From a virus: a stretch of 64,000 nt of DNA. Made by a program: the position numbers and the translations under genes. Location of the stretch: the IMG/VR virus record IMGVR_UViG_3300021440_000015, positions 56,258 to 120,257 of that record; one strand, given 5' to 3'. Within the stretch, counting starts at the first letter, position 1. Each line of letters opens with the position of its first letter. The notes beneath the pieces are model-generated. The model searched no databases and was not told the origin of the DNA. It was given only the letters and a program-made list of their open reading frames with translations. This document shows positions 28,673-40,600 of this stretch, piece after piece.

Positions 28673-29146
28673 ATGTCTGAATCCAAACTCAAAGAACGCG
28701 TGTTGTCTCTGGCGACACAAATCGAAGCCAGCATTAAGCTGGATAAAGCGACTGGCATCGGCACCAGTGAAGGTGACGTGTATGGCAGCAACTTGCCCGA
28801 AGGTATTACCATGGAGACCGTGAAGACGGTCAACGGTTATGACGCTGACTACGTCGCAGCTGGTACCTACGCCTTCGGTAGACTCTCTGTCGAAGCCATG
28901 AAGAAGAACAAGGGTCTGGAGAAGACCTCTGTTGAGCTCGACATGGGTGTCAACAAAATGACAGTGGCATTTGACCGCACCAAAGAGTACACTAACTCTT
29001 TGGCAAAAGAAGGCGAACCAAACAAGATCACCAAGTTCGGCGTTGCTACAACCACCTTCGAGGTGCGTGGTGGTAAGAACTCTGGTGAGCTGAAGAAAGC
29101 TCGTCAGGAGCTGAATTCATTGGCGCAGGAAGCCTTTGGTAAGTAA
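28673..29146 (+). CDS. hypothetical protein
   Basis: TAAGGA RBS; 157 aa; UUCG-loop terminator 29152-29180. Confidence 0.75.
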   Translation: MSESKLKERVLSLATQIEASIKLDKATGIGTSEGDVYGSNLPEGITMETVKTVNGYDADYVAAGTYAFGRLSVEAMKKNKGLEKTSVELDMGVNKMTVAFDRTKEYTNSLAKEGEPNKITKFGVATTTFEVRGGKNSGELKKARQELNSLAQEAFGK

Positions 29147-29190
29147 TCAAGATACCAGACTTCGGTCTGGTATTTTTTTTCAGGAAAAAT

Positions 29191-29228
29191 CCACTCCCCT
29201 CTAGACCCGAAGGTCTAGAGGGGAGTGG
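29191..29228 (-). terminator. strong hairpin after tail tube gene
   Basis: ccactcccctctagacc / ggtctagaggggagtgg. Confidence 0.75.
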
Positions 29229-29241
29229 TCCTAGCTGAGGA

Positions 29242-30105
29242 TTAGGAAATGATAGCAGACTTGCTCAGATCATCAGTACCCTTGAAGTAACCTTCAGAAG
29301 TTTCACTGATGTTGGAATCCATCTTCTGAATGAAGGAAGGACGCAGATATGGGTTAGCGTTAGTCAGATTGATCTTATCAAGGATCGACTGAGCAAACTT
29401 GTTGGTACCCAAGTTGAACTGAGAGATACCAGTGAAAGGAATTGTCAAAGTCAATGTTTCACTTGCAGCAGTCAGATCGCGCTTGCCTTCAATAGCACCA
29501 GTTTCCTTAGGGAACATGTTCGTGGTAACCCACGACTTGACCACGCGACGATGCGTAGGATCTGGTTCAAAGAACAAGCAGCTTGCAGAATACCAGTCAG
29601 GCAGCATGTCGGTAGGGCGTTCACCACCCAAAGTACCCACCATGGCATACTTGGTATCAGGATCCATCAAACCGTAGGTGATCCAGTTATACAGGAAAGT
29701 CTGGATAGGCATACCAGCTTTTTCCATAAACGTGAATGAAGGTTCGGTACGAGCGCGAGTAACGTTAGTCACTTCGTCTTGCATCTCACCAGCGCCACCC
29801 ACAGGATGCGGATCCGTTTCAACAGTAAGAGCACCGTTGAAACCTTCAATAGAACGCGCATGCAGTTCAAACAAAGACTTCAGGGTATCTACCCATTTCT
29901 GTGGCTCAGGCATCAGTTGGAAGAACCGTGGCGATTCCAATAGAATGCAAACCAGATTACGACGAACGTAAGCTTGGTTACTGACCCACTCGGTTAAGTT
30001 AGGCGCCCAGCCAAACTGACCACCGTGAACCGGATCCAGCATGTACTGATTGGCATTCTTACCGAAGGCTTTTTGATCAAGCAAAGCTTCTGTAATACGA
30101 GACAT
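29242..30105 (-). CDS. tail tube protein (phiKZ gp30-like)
   Basis: 287 aa directly downstream of sheath; YGLMDPDTK, FFEPDP..V..W...NMFP motifs. Confidence 0.75.
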   Translation of the reverse strand: MSRITEALLDQKAFGKNANQYMLDPVHGGQFGWAPNLTEWVSNQAYVRRNLVCILLESPRFFQLMPEPQKWVDTLKSLFELHARSIEGFNGALTVETDPHPVGGAGEMQDEVTNVTRARTEPSFTFMEKAGMPIQTFLYNWITYGLMDPDTKYAMVGTLGGERPTDMLPDWYSASCLFFEPDPTHRRVVKSWVTTNMFPKETGAIEGKRDLTAASETLTLTIPFTGISQFNLGTNKFAQSILDKINLTNANPYLRPSFIQKMDSNISETSEGYFKGTDDLSKSAIIS

Positions 30106-30168
30106 ATTTTAACTCCTGTTTTTTGTTCAGAGAGGGAGAGTGTTTAAGCTCTCCCTCATGGTCATGGA

Positions 30169-32253
30169 TCAGGCCGCAGGCAAATCGCTGATGCGATAAG
30201 CTTGGACATAGGTAGTCATGACAGTCTTCATGGATGGAGCGTACAGCTTGATAGGCAGAGTCCAAGAGAACCCGCGAACCTCATCCATGTCGGTGAACAA
30301 CGCATCGGGTTGGATCACAAACCGTCCGTCAAATTTACCCTGTACCCGTGCAGTCACAGCGTCGTTAACACGAGAAGCCAGCTGGGTGTTGGTCAAGTGA
30401 CTCACGCCAGTAAACTGACGCCATACGCTGTTGGCAACTTTGTTCAGCTGTGCACAAGCCATAGCCGTGAAGTAGCTATTCAGCACAGAAGTGTCATTGT
30501 CATAAACAGTCTTCAGCGCAGGGAAGAAGTACGATTTACGATCATAAGTCAGAACCCAGTTCAGACCCACATCCCAGAAACGATTCCGAACAGAAGCAGG
30601 CACCCAGGTGATATTGATATCAGTGAAGTTATCAATAACAGAACCAGGCGCTCCATCAAAATGGAAACCATTCTTCCAACGACCGTCGGCAGCGCCCATG
30701 TACTTAGCAGACTTGATCAACACCTCACCAGTCATAGGCAAGCGATCGGTGTACTGACTGTTACGCAGAACACCAGAACAACCCATGATCATACCACGAG
30801 ACACAGGAGTGCCGAAGTAATCAGATTCAGGATACATCTGCATGTGAGTACGCAAAGCAATAGCCACAGATTGTTCTTCGGACTGAGTCAGCGCACGTTC
30901 GCCAGCGGTATGTGTACCAACAGCAACAAACGTATCCTTACGGACAGCCATGATAGAGCAAAGATCTTTCTTAGTCTGAAGTGGGAATCCAGAGTCATAG
31001 ACAATAGATTCAACATGGTAAGCCAGATCCATCAACTCATCGTTGGGGTTCAGATACCGAAGAGCTTCAGCAGAAGTCAGAGCTGCGTGTACTGTGTTGT
31101 TCATTGTGCCGTCAGAACCACCTTTGGCATAGACGTTAGTTACTTCAGACAAACGAGTCGAAGTAGTGTCGTCAATGAAAGTGAAGCTGTGGTATTTCAC
31201 GTTCTGGCTGGAAACACCAGATACAATATTGAACAGATGTTTGTCTGCTGTATTAGCTGTGAAATCACTGAATCCGTCAATATGAGCCACTTCAGCAGCG
31301 TGGAATTGACCCAACAACAGTTCTAAGTTAGCCTGATAAACATGAAGCTTACCGAAGTTACCAAACAGCTTAGGATAACGTGCGTCAGTCAGGTTCTGAT
31401 AGCTATTCAGGAAGACTTCTGTCAGATTCATAGACCGATCGGTCAGTGGATCAATAACATTTTCCTTCAGAGTAACCATCAAACGTTGTTCACCAAACAA
31501 CGTAGGCACCACAGCAGCAGAAGATTGCGCATCAACACGCTCAACCACAGAGATGTAATATGGATAAGCTTTCTCAGCCACCATCATCTTGTTAGGCATA
31601 GCCGACACTGTTTTAACAGTAGGCGCCCACAGACGCAGACCAGAGTTATTACCCCATTCGCCTTCGCTGGAGACTTCCAGTTCAAACATAGGGTAACGCT
31701 GAGACTGCACACCAGCCGTCACATCAATCTGATCACCAGCAGAAATAGCAGCCAAACCAAATTGAGTAGTTTGATCTGCAACAGTAGTGCGGTTAGTGAA
31801 AACCCATTTTACTTTGTGACCAGTGGTGGTACCGATCACTTCAGGTTGGTTCAACGCATCCAAATAAATAGAACCATCGGAATTCCGACGATACAAATCT
31901 ACGGTGGTGGGAAGAACGTCAAGCCATGCGATGATGTTAGACTTAGGACCCATATCTGTTGGGAACAGACGCTGGATCATGCAGGCATTACCCTGAGCAT
32001 TAGCTAAGTTAGCAAAAACCGTCTGGTGATTAGAGAATTTACCTCTGTAATCAAAAGACGCAGAACCGAAAAGACGGTCGCGTTCAGCTCCAGAACAAAG
32101 TTGCGGAGCCTTGGGTCCCTTCTGGGTAAACAGGTAGAACTTTGGTAGATGTTGTGGAATTGCTTCCGGTACCCGAGGGGGCTGACGAGTGCTCAAGTCT
32201 TGAGTGCCGTACTCCACCACCATCGGTGCTGCATTGACAATTTGATTTGCCAT
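30169..32253 (-). CDS. tail sheath protein (phiKZ gp29-like)
   Basis: 694 aa; PQHLPKFYLFTQKGP, GGSDGT, YDSGF, YPES.YFGTP, DDTSVLN-like motifs. Confidence 0.8.
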   Translation of the reverse strand: MANQIVNAAPMVVEYGTQDLSTRQPPRVPEAIPQHLPKFYLFTQKGPKAPQLCSGAERDRLFGSASFDYRGKFSNHQTVFANLANAQGNACMIQRLFPTDMGPKSNIIAWLDVLPTTVDLYRRNSDGSIYLDALNQPEVIGTTTGHKVKWVFTNRTTVADQTTQFGLAAISAGDQIDVTAGVQSQRYPMFELEVSSEGEWGNNSGLRLWAPTVKTVSAMPNKMMVAEKAYPYYISVVERVDAQSSAAVVPTLFGEQRLMVTLKENVIDPLTDRSMNLTEVFLNSYQNLTDARYPKLFGNFGKLHVYQANLELLLGQFHAAEVAHIDGFSDFTANTADKHLFNIVSGVSSQNVKYHSFTFIDDTTSTRLSEVTNVYAKGGSDGTMNNTVHAALTSAEALRYLNPNDELMDLAYHVESIVYDSGFPLQTKKDLCSIMAVRKDTFVAVGTHTAGERALTQSEEQSVAIALRTHMQMYPESDYFGTPVSRGMIMGCSGVLRNSQYTDRLPMTGEVLIKSAKYMGAADGRWKNGFHFDGAPGSVIDNFTDINITWVPASVRNRFWDVGLNWVLTYDRKSYFFPALKTVYDNDTSVLNSYFTAMACAQLNKVANSVWRQFTGVSHLTNTQLASRVNDAVTARVQGKFDGRFVIQPDALFTDMDEVRGFSWTLPIKLYAPSMKTVMTTYVQAYRISDLPAA

Positions 32254-32300
32254 AATTTCCTCTTCAGCTAGGTTTCCTAAAAAATCACAAAGGTTTCGTC

Positions 32301-33278
32301 ATGTCGATATACAAAGATGCTTACATGACTTCGATCGGATCGATGTATCCAACACGACAACTCGAAGTCTCCATCAAAGAAGCCCTAATCAAAGATCCAG
32401 GTCTTCAAGACGAAAGTCTAGGTCTTGTCGATAACGGAGAGTATCGAGCTGTTTTCATCACCGGAAAATTTTCAAGTGAAGTCGACATACCGCTATTCAC
32501 TCATCCGATAACCATAAATAATTTCCAAGGAAAAAATTTTTTGGTAACGGATTTGAGACTGTTTCTCGGTAAATGGTCTTGGGACACTAAGATAGAAGAT
32601 CTTGTTAAAAATAGAACTGACTTTAACTTTGCAAAAAGCAGAGCTATGTTGAACCTCATTTGGTTAAATGAAGGTCCATCAGTTCTCAAGAATAACATGG
32701 CTTTTTCAGCAAGTGTTTTTTCCTCTGTTGTCAGTGAAACAATCAGCAGAGCTTTTGCTCTCGACTTTAACGATCTTATCACTATCGGTGTTCTTGCAGA
32801 GATATATTACTATAGCCTCTTTTTAGAAACCGAAAGTTTGTCAGATGACGACAAACAGAAAATTGTTGTCCATATTATCAGATCAGGTAAAATTAAGGCT
32901 GATTACATATATGACATTTTGGACAGAATAGAACCCATGAAGGATTTATCAGGTTTCTGTCTGAATGTCGGCAAGGTTGTTCAAAACGTTAGATTGAATA
33001 AATTTAACTCGGCTATTTTACTTAGCATTCTATCTAATAGTTGGTACGGCATAAATGCTAAAGAAATCATCAGTGTTTCTTTAGAACACCCGCCTACATG
33101 GACAGCTCTGGTTTACACAGCCCTTTCTGAAAAAACTTTTAAAACAAGTGCTATTTTTAAAGCAGCCGAAAGATTAGGCAAACGAGGCGTGGCAGATCAA
33201 TTTATGTTGACTTACGCGTCTGTTGTTAAAAATCATACTTTAGCTGTAGAAAAGTTAGCAATACGGGACTTTGAATAA
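32301..33278 (+). CDS. virion structural protein (gp28-position)
   Basis: 325 aa, divergent from sheath; SLEHPPTW; synteny. Confidence 0.6.
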   Translation: MSIYKDAYMTSIGSMYPTRQLEVSIKEALIKDPGLQDESLGLVDNGEYRAVFITGKFSSEVDIPLFTHPITINNFQGKNFLVTDLRLFLGKWSWDTKIEDLVKNRTDFNFAKSRAMLNLIWLNEGPSVLKNNMAFSASVFSSVVSETISRAFALDFNDLITIGVLAEIYYYSLFLETESLSDDDKQKIVVHIIRSGKIKADYIYDILDRIEPMKDLSGFCLNVGKVVQNVRLNKFNSAILLSILSNSWYGINAKEIISVSLEHPPTWTALVYTALSEKTFKTSAIFKAAERLGKRGVADQFMLTYASVVKNHTLAVEKLAIRDFE

Positions 33279-35871
33279 AATGTTTAACCACCTGGTAGAC
33301 CACGCAATTAAAAATGTCTGGTGTACACCTAGACAAGATAACAGTTACGTGTTCAAACCAGCTAGGATCAGCAAGCCCACAGGTGAACTGAATCGCATGT
33401 ACTTCATGGGAAGATATGTGACGTTTCCTGTGTCTTCTGTTAAGATGCATGTTTACCAGGTAGGTCAGGTAAAACCTGAGGTGCTTGGTTTAACTACAGA
33501 TGATCCTGGCTGGGTCAGAGAAACCTGGAAATCATTTTCGACTGTCATGAATGAACAAGAAATCCATGTGGATCTCTATAATGACAATGGCGTACAGCTA
33601 CCAAGATATAAAGCTTGGTATATGTACACCAACGAAAACAATTTACTGGTGGCTTTCTCTGAAACACAAAGACTACCTATTAATTACACAACAGATAACA
33701 TCTATCTGAGGTTTTACAGCAACTCTTATTTTGAATCGGTAAGATCTGGTGGTTCAACCACCAAACTGTTTACCACAGGCAGAACAATACTTAATAACCA
33801 AGAAGTGTTGCAACTTCAGTTTGATGAGGGTAACTATAGGACCATGACTGGTTCTGTTAAGTCTTATGTCAATGGTTTTGTGGTTGATAAAATTGATCTT
33901 CTAAACGCAACTGTTGGTGATGAGGTAGAATTTGTATATGACGCCAGTGTGAAAACACTGGTTTCTTTTCCTTATTCTGGTTTAAACACTTTCTCGTCTA
34001 CGTTAGATAGCTGCTATAAGTATCTGTTAAGCTTTGATGGTGATGGAGACCAGATCGATTATCAGGATGATATAGATGTTTATATCTATAAAAGAACTGG
34101 TGATAAATACAGAGGATTGTACTTTTCAAGGAATCTTCTTAAACACCATCGGATGATCACGCATAAAGATTATGCGATAGATCTGGCTCAGGCTGAAAAC
34201 TTATTCAGTTTCATGAGAGAGATCTCTGGAGTTATGGATAATACAGACATGGTCGTACAAGTAACTGTGCGTAAGTCTGGATATGCCAGACCTTTGATCT
34301 ACGAGAACAGTCGTATCTTTGAACTGTTTAAACTCAGTTATGAAGAACGAGTGCAGGCTCTATTGGGTTTACAGTCCAGCTTAGATATCTGGACAGCACC
34401 TTATCTAGAGAATAGTGGTTATACAGAGTTGATGAGGGCTGACATGAATACTGTCGATCAGAGTATGGTGCAGAGAGCTTATGGATACAACTCTATAAGT
34501 AAATTAGTGGGTAACACACCTACTAAGACTGTATTAAGAAGCGGTCGACAATACGTATCAGTACCTTACTTATTAGCTGAAGGGTCTACAGCTTATGAGT
34601 ACGATGCTGATGGCTATCTGTTAGGCAGCTATTATCATCTGTCAGGCACTGATTACTACTGTCAGAACAACAATGCCAGGCTAGTGGAAATGATTGCCGG
34701 TAGAGGTAGTGATACCCCTAACGTTATCTTTGGTATAGACAACATACTCTTACCCGCTTATGATAATTATAGAGTATACATGTCTGGCATGATAGCTGGT
34801 AACTCTGATGAAAAGTGGGTAGACATAACAGGCAGTGATAAATATCATGTCTCCGGTAACAGATTGGTTTGGGACAGTCCTGTCACTGACTATTTACTGA
34901 TGGTCAGAATCGATAGTGATTTTCTAGAGTTTGATTTAAGTATGTTACCTGTAGCAGGTAATCTACATTTTACACTTTTTGAAAAGGAAAATCGAAACGG
35001 TAGTTTGTTACCTCACACTCTACCTGTGCCTATGGGTGAGTTGGACATTTGGCTAAATGGTAGGTCTTTGATACGTGGTTTGGACTATGTATTAGACTTC
35101 CCTGAAGTTCATTTGGTCAATAAGAGATATCTAAGGCAGCAGTCTGGAAGTGGATTACAAGATATCAAAGTAAGGTTCACAGGGTTCTGTGATGCTAATC
35201 TGTCTGTAGATGCTATTGAGGACTATGGGTTTGTCGAGCATGGTGTGTTGTCTAATAACAATAGATACGATGTCAGAGATGATAAAGTAATGAGAATATC
35301 TTTAGGTGGTAAGTTAGTTACTGCTGAAGATGTGGTATTCTCAGAAGAACACTTAGGCATTAACGTAACCTCAGTCTTAAACGGATTGCCTTACCAGATC
35401 AAAGATATCGTGGTGCCTCTTAAGGGATTGGTGAATGAAAACACCTATAGCCTAAGAAACAAGTCTATGGTAATAGATAAGAAGGTATCCGACTTCATGA
35501 CGACCAGGTTGCCTCAACCTGCCAGAAATGGCATCTCAGCTATACCTGGTAAATATGAGTTGCTAAGTCCTTTCTTTTCACACCTCATCAATGACCTAGC
35601 CAGTGAACAGATCAACACATCACACGTCATGGATGCTATCACAGATATGCAAGTCATGGATGTGTGTAAGACTTATGAGCATCTTCTTAAGTATGATCCT
35701 ATCACTTACAGGGATTCACTGAACTGGGATTATCTGATCCTGCATCCACACAACTTAACCAACGTCGTGACTCTCACTCTTTATGAGTATAGATTTCTGA
35801 CTAAGGTTGTACGACTTTATGGACATGGACTGATTAATCTTTCCTCGTTCGTGAATTTCACTGAACTATAA
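33271..35871 (+). CDS. virion structural / baseplate protein (gp27-position; start may be ATG 33280)
   Basis: ~865 aa; NVWC.P.QD N-terminus; LNGRSLI.GLDY; synteny. Confidence 0.65.
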   Translation: MNKMFNHLVDHAIKNVWCTPRQDNSYVFKPARISKPTGELNRMYFMGRYVTFPVSSVKMHVYQVGQVKPEVLGLTTDDPGWVRETWKSFSTVMNEQEIHVDLYNDNGVQLPRYKAWYMYTNENNLLVAFSETQRLPINYTTDNIYLRFYSNSYFESVRSGGSTTKLFTTGRTILNNQEVLQLQFDEGNYRTMTGSVKSYVNGFVVDKIDLLNATVGDEVEFVYDASVKTLVSFPYSGLNTFSSTLDSCYKYLLSFDGDGDQIDYQDDIDVYIYKRTGDKYRGLYFSRNLLKHHRMITHKDYAIDLAQAENLFSFMREISGVMDNTDMVVQVTVRKSGYARPLIYENSRIFELFKLSYEERVQALLGLQSSLDIWTAPYLENSGYTELMRADMNTVDQSMVQRAYGYNSISKLVGNTPTKTVLRSGRQYVSVPYLLAEGSTAYEYDADGYLLGSYYHLSGTDYYCQNNNARLVEMIAGRGSDTPNVIFGIDNILLPAYDNYRVYMSGMIAGNSDEKWVDITGSDKYHVSGNRLVWDSPVTDYLLMVRIDSDFLEFDLSMLPVAGNLHFTLFEKENRNGSLLPHTLPVPMGELDIWLNGRSLIRGLDYVLDFPEVHLVNKRYLRQQSGSGLQDIKVRFTGFCDANLSVDAIEDYGFVEHGVLSNNNRYDVRDDKVMRISLGGKLVTAEDVVFSEEHLGINVTSVLNGLPYQIKDIVVPLKGLVNENTYSLRNKSMVIDKKVSDFMTTRLPQPARNGISAIPGKYELLSPFFSHLINDLASEQINTSHVMDAITDMQVMDVCKTYEHLLKYDPITYRDSLNWDYLILHPHNLTNVVTLTLYEYRFLTKVVRLYGHGLINLSSFVNFTEL

Positions 35872-35884
35872 GGAGTTTAACAAT

Positions 35885-37564
35885 ATGCCTAACAATGCAG
35901 CTTTGCTAGGGATTGTAGGAACTGATGGCATCTCACCGGTTTATAACCCAGACAGCAGATGGTGTTGGTGGGGTCTACATGAAGTCTATCGCGGCGAGAC
36001 CGGCACTAATATGTATGTGCCTAAAGTCAAAGACTATGTAATGGATACAGAAAGTTACACTGCTTTTGTGGTAGACCATCTGGATCCTGTCACTCTCATA
36101 CCCACACTGAGAGAAATCAGACCTGCTAATATGTCATTCAGTTTGTCAAGGACTGATGTGTTATTTGGTACTGGTCCGGGTACTGCTTCTGAAATCTACA
36201 GAGTTTACATTGATAAATCTGTAACACCTCATGTGTTATCAGTAGATGCAGCTCTTAAGGTAGCAGGAACGCAGTGTCAATATGCTAAGATCTTCAGATC
36301 CACAGATGTGACTGTGATGGGTAAAGTGGTCAGTATGGTGTACGATTCCAGTGGGAATCTGATCACTAATAACGTACCGCTTGAGTTGGCTGCTATGGAC
36401 AGTCATGTAAACCACACTGTCAAAGTAGTGGCTCCTTGTTTCACTACAGAGAATTTAGTGGACGGTGAGTTAGTAACTGTGGTTTATTACAGTGCTGCTG
36501 GACATGTAGTGCATAAGAGACAATTGATGGTGGAAGTATCTTCTTTCATCAGGAATATCAATGCGTCTACCAAGTACATCAGCCATATTTCGTTGGATAC
36601 AGCTTTCTTGTCGCCTACTTTGGATCACGTCATCAACTTCCCTGTCAACATACCGTTGAACAGCTTAAACATGATGGGTGTGGTTCATTATAGTGATGGC
36701 AGTACTTTGACTCTGCCTGTAGACGGCACCAAGTTCAGAATGTTTGGATTGGATCAGTATGTATCTACTATAGTAGGTCAATCTGTTAATCTGGTACTGA
36801 GTTATGAATTAGGTGCTGGTGAGGTAGCTTACAACGGACTGAGTGAAGACAACAGACGTATCAATGAACCTTACGATCTAGTCACCGTCAATCCTAATAA
36901 CAGTTACGCTGTTAAACTCTTTGTCTATCCTGAATGGATTAGTGAGTTGGAAGGATACGGACTGAGATGGTGGATGTTTAACATGGATAGAAACGTTTAC
37001 TTTGATGTAACCGGTAAAGTCATGTTGAATAGTCAGACCGGACCTTTTGCACAAAAAGGTTATGGTTATCAACAGGTCAAGAACGTCAGTGTTAACTTAG
37101 GTGAAGTATCTAGTATCTTTAAGAACTTCATCCATACACAAACCGTGGAAGTGAATTTGTTTAGACATCCTAACGAAAGTGCAGATGCTTGGACTGTCAG
37201 TCATGAGTATGTGGTGGGCAGACCTACTTACGGTGCTGGGTTACTGGCCAAACTAGTCAATAACTTTACAGTAAGACTTAAGTCTGGTGCAGAAACCTAT
37301 ACAGAGTGGAAACAGAGAGTTTACTTGAGCACACACCCTATCTTGGATGTGATGAACACAACAGCTCCGCCTGAACCTACCCATTTCATCCTTCAAGTAG
37401 GTGGTGTGATTAAAGAATGCACCATCGATCAGTGGGGTGATGATATTGCTATGCCTGCTGAAATTAACCAATACGCTAATAAGAATCTGTTTATCAGGTT
37501 TGTTAGGAAGATTGGATCTCAAGAATTGCAGTTGGGTATGGCTGCTATGGTCATTAAAGCGTAA
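35885..37564 (+). CDS. virion structural / baseplate protein (gp26-position)
   Basis: 559 aa, AAGGAG RBS; synteny. Confidence 0.65.
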   Translation: MPNNAALLGIVGTDGISPVYNPDSRWCWWGLHEVYRGETGTNMYVPKVKDYVMDTESYTAFVVDHLDPVTLIPTLREIRPANMSFSLSRTDVLFGTGPGTASEIYRVYIDKSVTPHVLSVDAALKVAGTQCQYAKIFRSTDVTVMGKVVSMVYDSSGNLITNNVPLELAAMDSHVNHTVKVVAPCFTTENLVDGELVTVVYYSAAGHVVHKRQLMVEVSSFIRNINASTKYISHISLDTAFLSPTLDHVINFPVNIPLNSLNMMGVVHYSDGSTLTLPVDGTKFRMFGLDQYVSTIVGQSVNLVLSYELGAGEVAYNGLSEDNRRINEPYDLVTVNPNNSYAVKLFVYPEWISELEGYGLRWWMFNMDRNVYFDVTGKVMLNSQTGPFAQKGYGYQQVKNVSVNLGEVSSIFKNFIHTQTVEVNLFRHPNESADAWTVSHEYVVGRPTYGAGLLAKLVNNFTVRLKSGAETYTEWKQRVYLSTHPILDVMNTTAPPEPTHFILQVGGVIKECTIDQWGDDIAMPAEINQYANKNLFIRFVRKIGSQELQLGMAAMVIKA

Positions 37565-37669
37565 CGATATAGATACAGGAGACCTAATGGTCTCCTGTAT
37601 CTTATTGTCTTTGTTTAACTCAATCAAGTGGTTCAAGTTTAAATAGTCGTATTCGACGGAGAAGCAAAC

Positions 37670-40600
37670 ATGTTTAAAACATATTACCCGAGTCTGGTCG
37701 ATCAGTCTGCCGTACCTATCCAAAAAGGTGGTACAGACGGTGTGACTGCGATAGAAGCCACAGACAATCTGTCAATGGTGACAGATATCATGAATAACAA
37801 ACCCAACGGTTGGTTGGCTATGCCTGCTGGTGGCATAGTAGACCCTTCAAGATTGCCTTTGGGTATGCAAAGTAAAAAGGTTGCGATCTACGGACCTTTG
37901 ACATTAGTGGGTGGTGTCCCTACTGAATATCTGATCACCAATTTTGATAGCTTTGATCAGTATGTGTTTACTGATGTAGATGGTACTATCAGCAGAGCAG
38001 ATGATATCATTACGTTCATACCATTGATTTCAGGTGGTGTGTTGGGTTACGCAGTTAATGGCTGGAGATATGAGTTTGACGTAACGCCAGTGACTGTGAA
38101 TAAACCTATTATCGACGGTTTGGAAAACAGTACTGATTTGGGTCCTTATCAGAGTTTCACATCTTCTCCGTTTAGCGTGGATGGTGGTACTGGTACTCAT
38201 GTGTCTTCTGACTGGCAAATCAGTGAAAGCAATAGTTTCTCTAGCATTTTACCTAGTTCGGTAAATGCTTCTACTGGTAATAAGACTTCTTTTGAGGTAA
38301 GTAATTTACCAGCTAATAAATCTTTGTTTATTAGAGTCAGGTATAATTCTCAGATCCATGGCGTAAGTGCGTGGAGTGACCCTGTGTCTTTCAGCACACG
38401 AATGTCTTATCTGCCTGAGACACCTAGCATCACTTTCCCTGTGAATAATGCTACAGGTATATCTAGCTCTATCACCGTTACTTCTACAGCTTATGTAGGA
38501 CATGGCACTACTTCCACTGGTATGGATACCATGACAAGTGCTCAGTGGGAGTACAGCGCTGATAACACATTCCCTGGAGCCAACACAACATCTGTTATTA
38601 AGTTAGTGGATAACAGTCCCACTAATTTAGCCATAACTGGACTGACTGCAAATATTTCTTACTATGTAAGAGTTAGATATTTAAGCAGTCTGGGTGGAGC
38701 AGCTTTCAGTGATTGGTCTCCTACTGTGATGTTTACCACAGCTGTGAGTTTTAAGCCTGGTGCGCCTAGTATCACTTCTCCTTCTTCTGGCGCTATAGAG
38801 CAAGACAGTAATCTGACGATCACAAGTTCTGCCTTTATCACCACAAGTGGCGATACTCATCAGGGTACCTCATGGGAAGTTAATACAAACGCTAGTTTTA
38901 GCGGTACTTCTTATGCAAGTGTCAATAACTCAGCTACGAATAAGTTGTCTTTGTCTCTGGTGAACTTACCAGCCAACACAACTCTGTATGCCAGAGTGAT
39001 GCATCATGGTGTTGTTACAGGGGCTAGTGATTGGTCTTCCCCTATTAACTTTAGAACAAAGACAGTAACTATAAACACACCTAGTGTCAGTGGTAGTGCT
39101 ACGGTATCTATACTGACACCCAGTTTTACATCCACAGCTTATGCTTTAAGCGATCCTGCTGCTACGTTAGACGCACACCTGCAATCTATCTGGGAAGTAT
39201 ACGCAGTAGCTAATCCAAGTGTTATCATAGCTGATAGTCAAAACTCTGTAGGTAGCAAGACTGCTTTCCAAGTAGGTGCTGGATTATTGAGCTATGGTAC
39301 AGCTTATGCTATACGTGTTAAATACATCGGTAGTCTGTATGGTGAAAGTGCTTACAGCACACCTTTTAACTTCTCTGTAAGTTCCGTAACGGTAAATACA
39401 CCCAGTGTGTTGATAGCTGCTTTCGGCGGCGGTGGCGGAGCTACAGTAAATAGTATCACACCTACGTTTACATCCAGCGCTTTTGCTCAAACACCTACTT
39501 CGGGTGGGTTGATACATATACAGTCTACCTGGGAAGTATCGGATACTTCTTCGTTTACAAATATCATGTCTACCAACACAGGGTTTGTTATTGGTGGTAG
39601 CAATACTCTTACGTCTTGGACTGTAGGTACAGGTACTGTCAATACACCTATGGTGGCTGGTGGGTCCTATTATGTACGTGTTAAACATACAGGTACTGGC
39701 AACATAGACAGTCAGTGGAGTACACCTCAGGCATTTACAGTAACAGTTGGTGTTAATAGTAATTGGACACCAACTGTTATTGGTAATACAGCTTTAGTTG
39801 CGCTAGGAGCTACTGAAAGTTACAGAATATCTTTAGATAATGCCACTGTTGGTCAAACTTATACTTATACAGCTACGGCTAATGGTGTTAGTATAGGTAG
39901 TGGCAGCATAACAGCCACAGCGACAACATTCACACTGTATAACGCAACTGGTATGTCTTTGACAATACCTAGCCAAAATACAACAGCCTCTTGGAACATA
40001 TCGGTTATAGTAACTAACAATGGTGTTAGTAAAACTGTGACGACAACGACTCAGGCTGCTGTTTATACTAATACAGCTAATTGGACACCAACTTTAATAG
40101 GACCTGCTGGTACTGTAGCATTAGGAACAGCGGCTAATTACAACATAACGCTTAACGGCGCCACTGTTGGTCAAACTTATACTTATACAGCTACAGCCAA
40201 TGGTGTTAGTATAGGCAGTGGTTCTATTGTAGCTACTGCTGTAAATAACACCTACAGTGCTTCTGGTATATCTTGGGGTGTGGCTGCTACTAACACAGTA
40301 GCTAACTGGAACATAGTTTTAAGTATGTTTAATAACGGTGTTAACAAGTCCAGTTCTACCACAACTACTGCTGCTACATATACAGCTCCTGTAAATATAA
40401 CAGGTACGACTTTAAGTATATCTCCTACTACTTTAGACCCATATGCTACTGCTAATTTTACAGTGGTTGTAAATGGAGCACCTGATTCACTAGGTAACAT
40501 TAAAGTACAGATAGAGGGATTCGACGGTACCAACTGGATAGATTTAGATGCTACTTATTACCTTAAAGATGCTCCTGTATCAGGTTCATCAACACGAACT

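Noticed and set aside
30202-32007. Long + strand ORFs (374 and 221 aa) opposite the sheath gene
   Set aside because: Antisense shadows of a strongly codon-biased gene; no RBS or protein-like motifs.
39761-40220. Duplicated segment as a diversity-generating retroelement TR/VR pair
   Set aside because: Both copies are in frame within one gene, differences are not adenine-specific and no reverse transcriptase is present.
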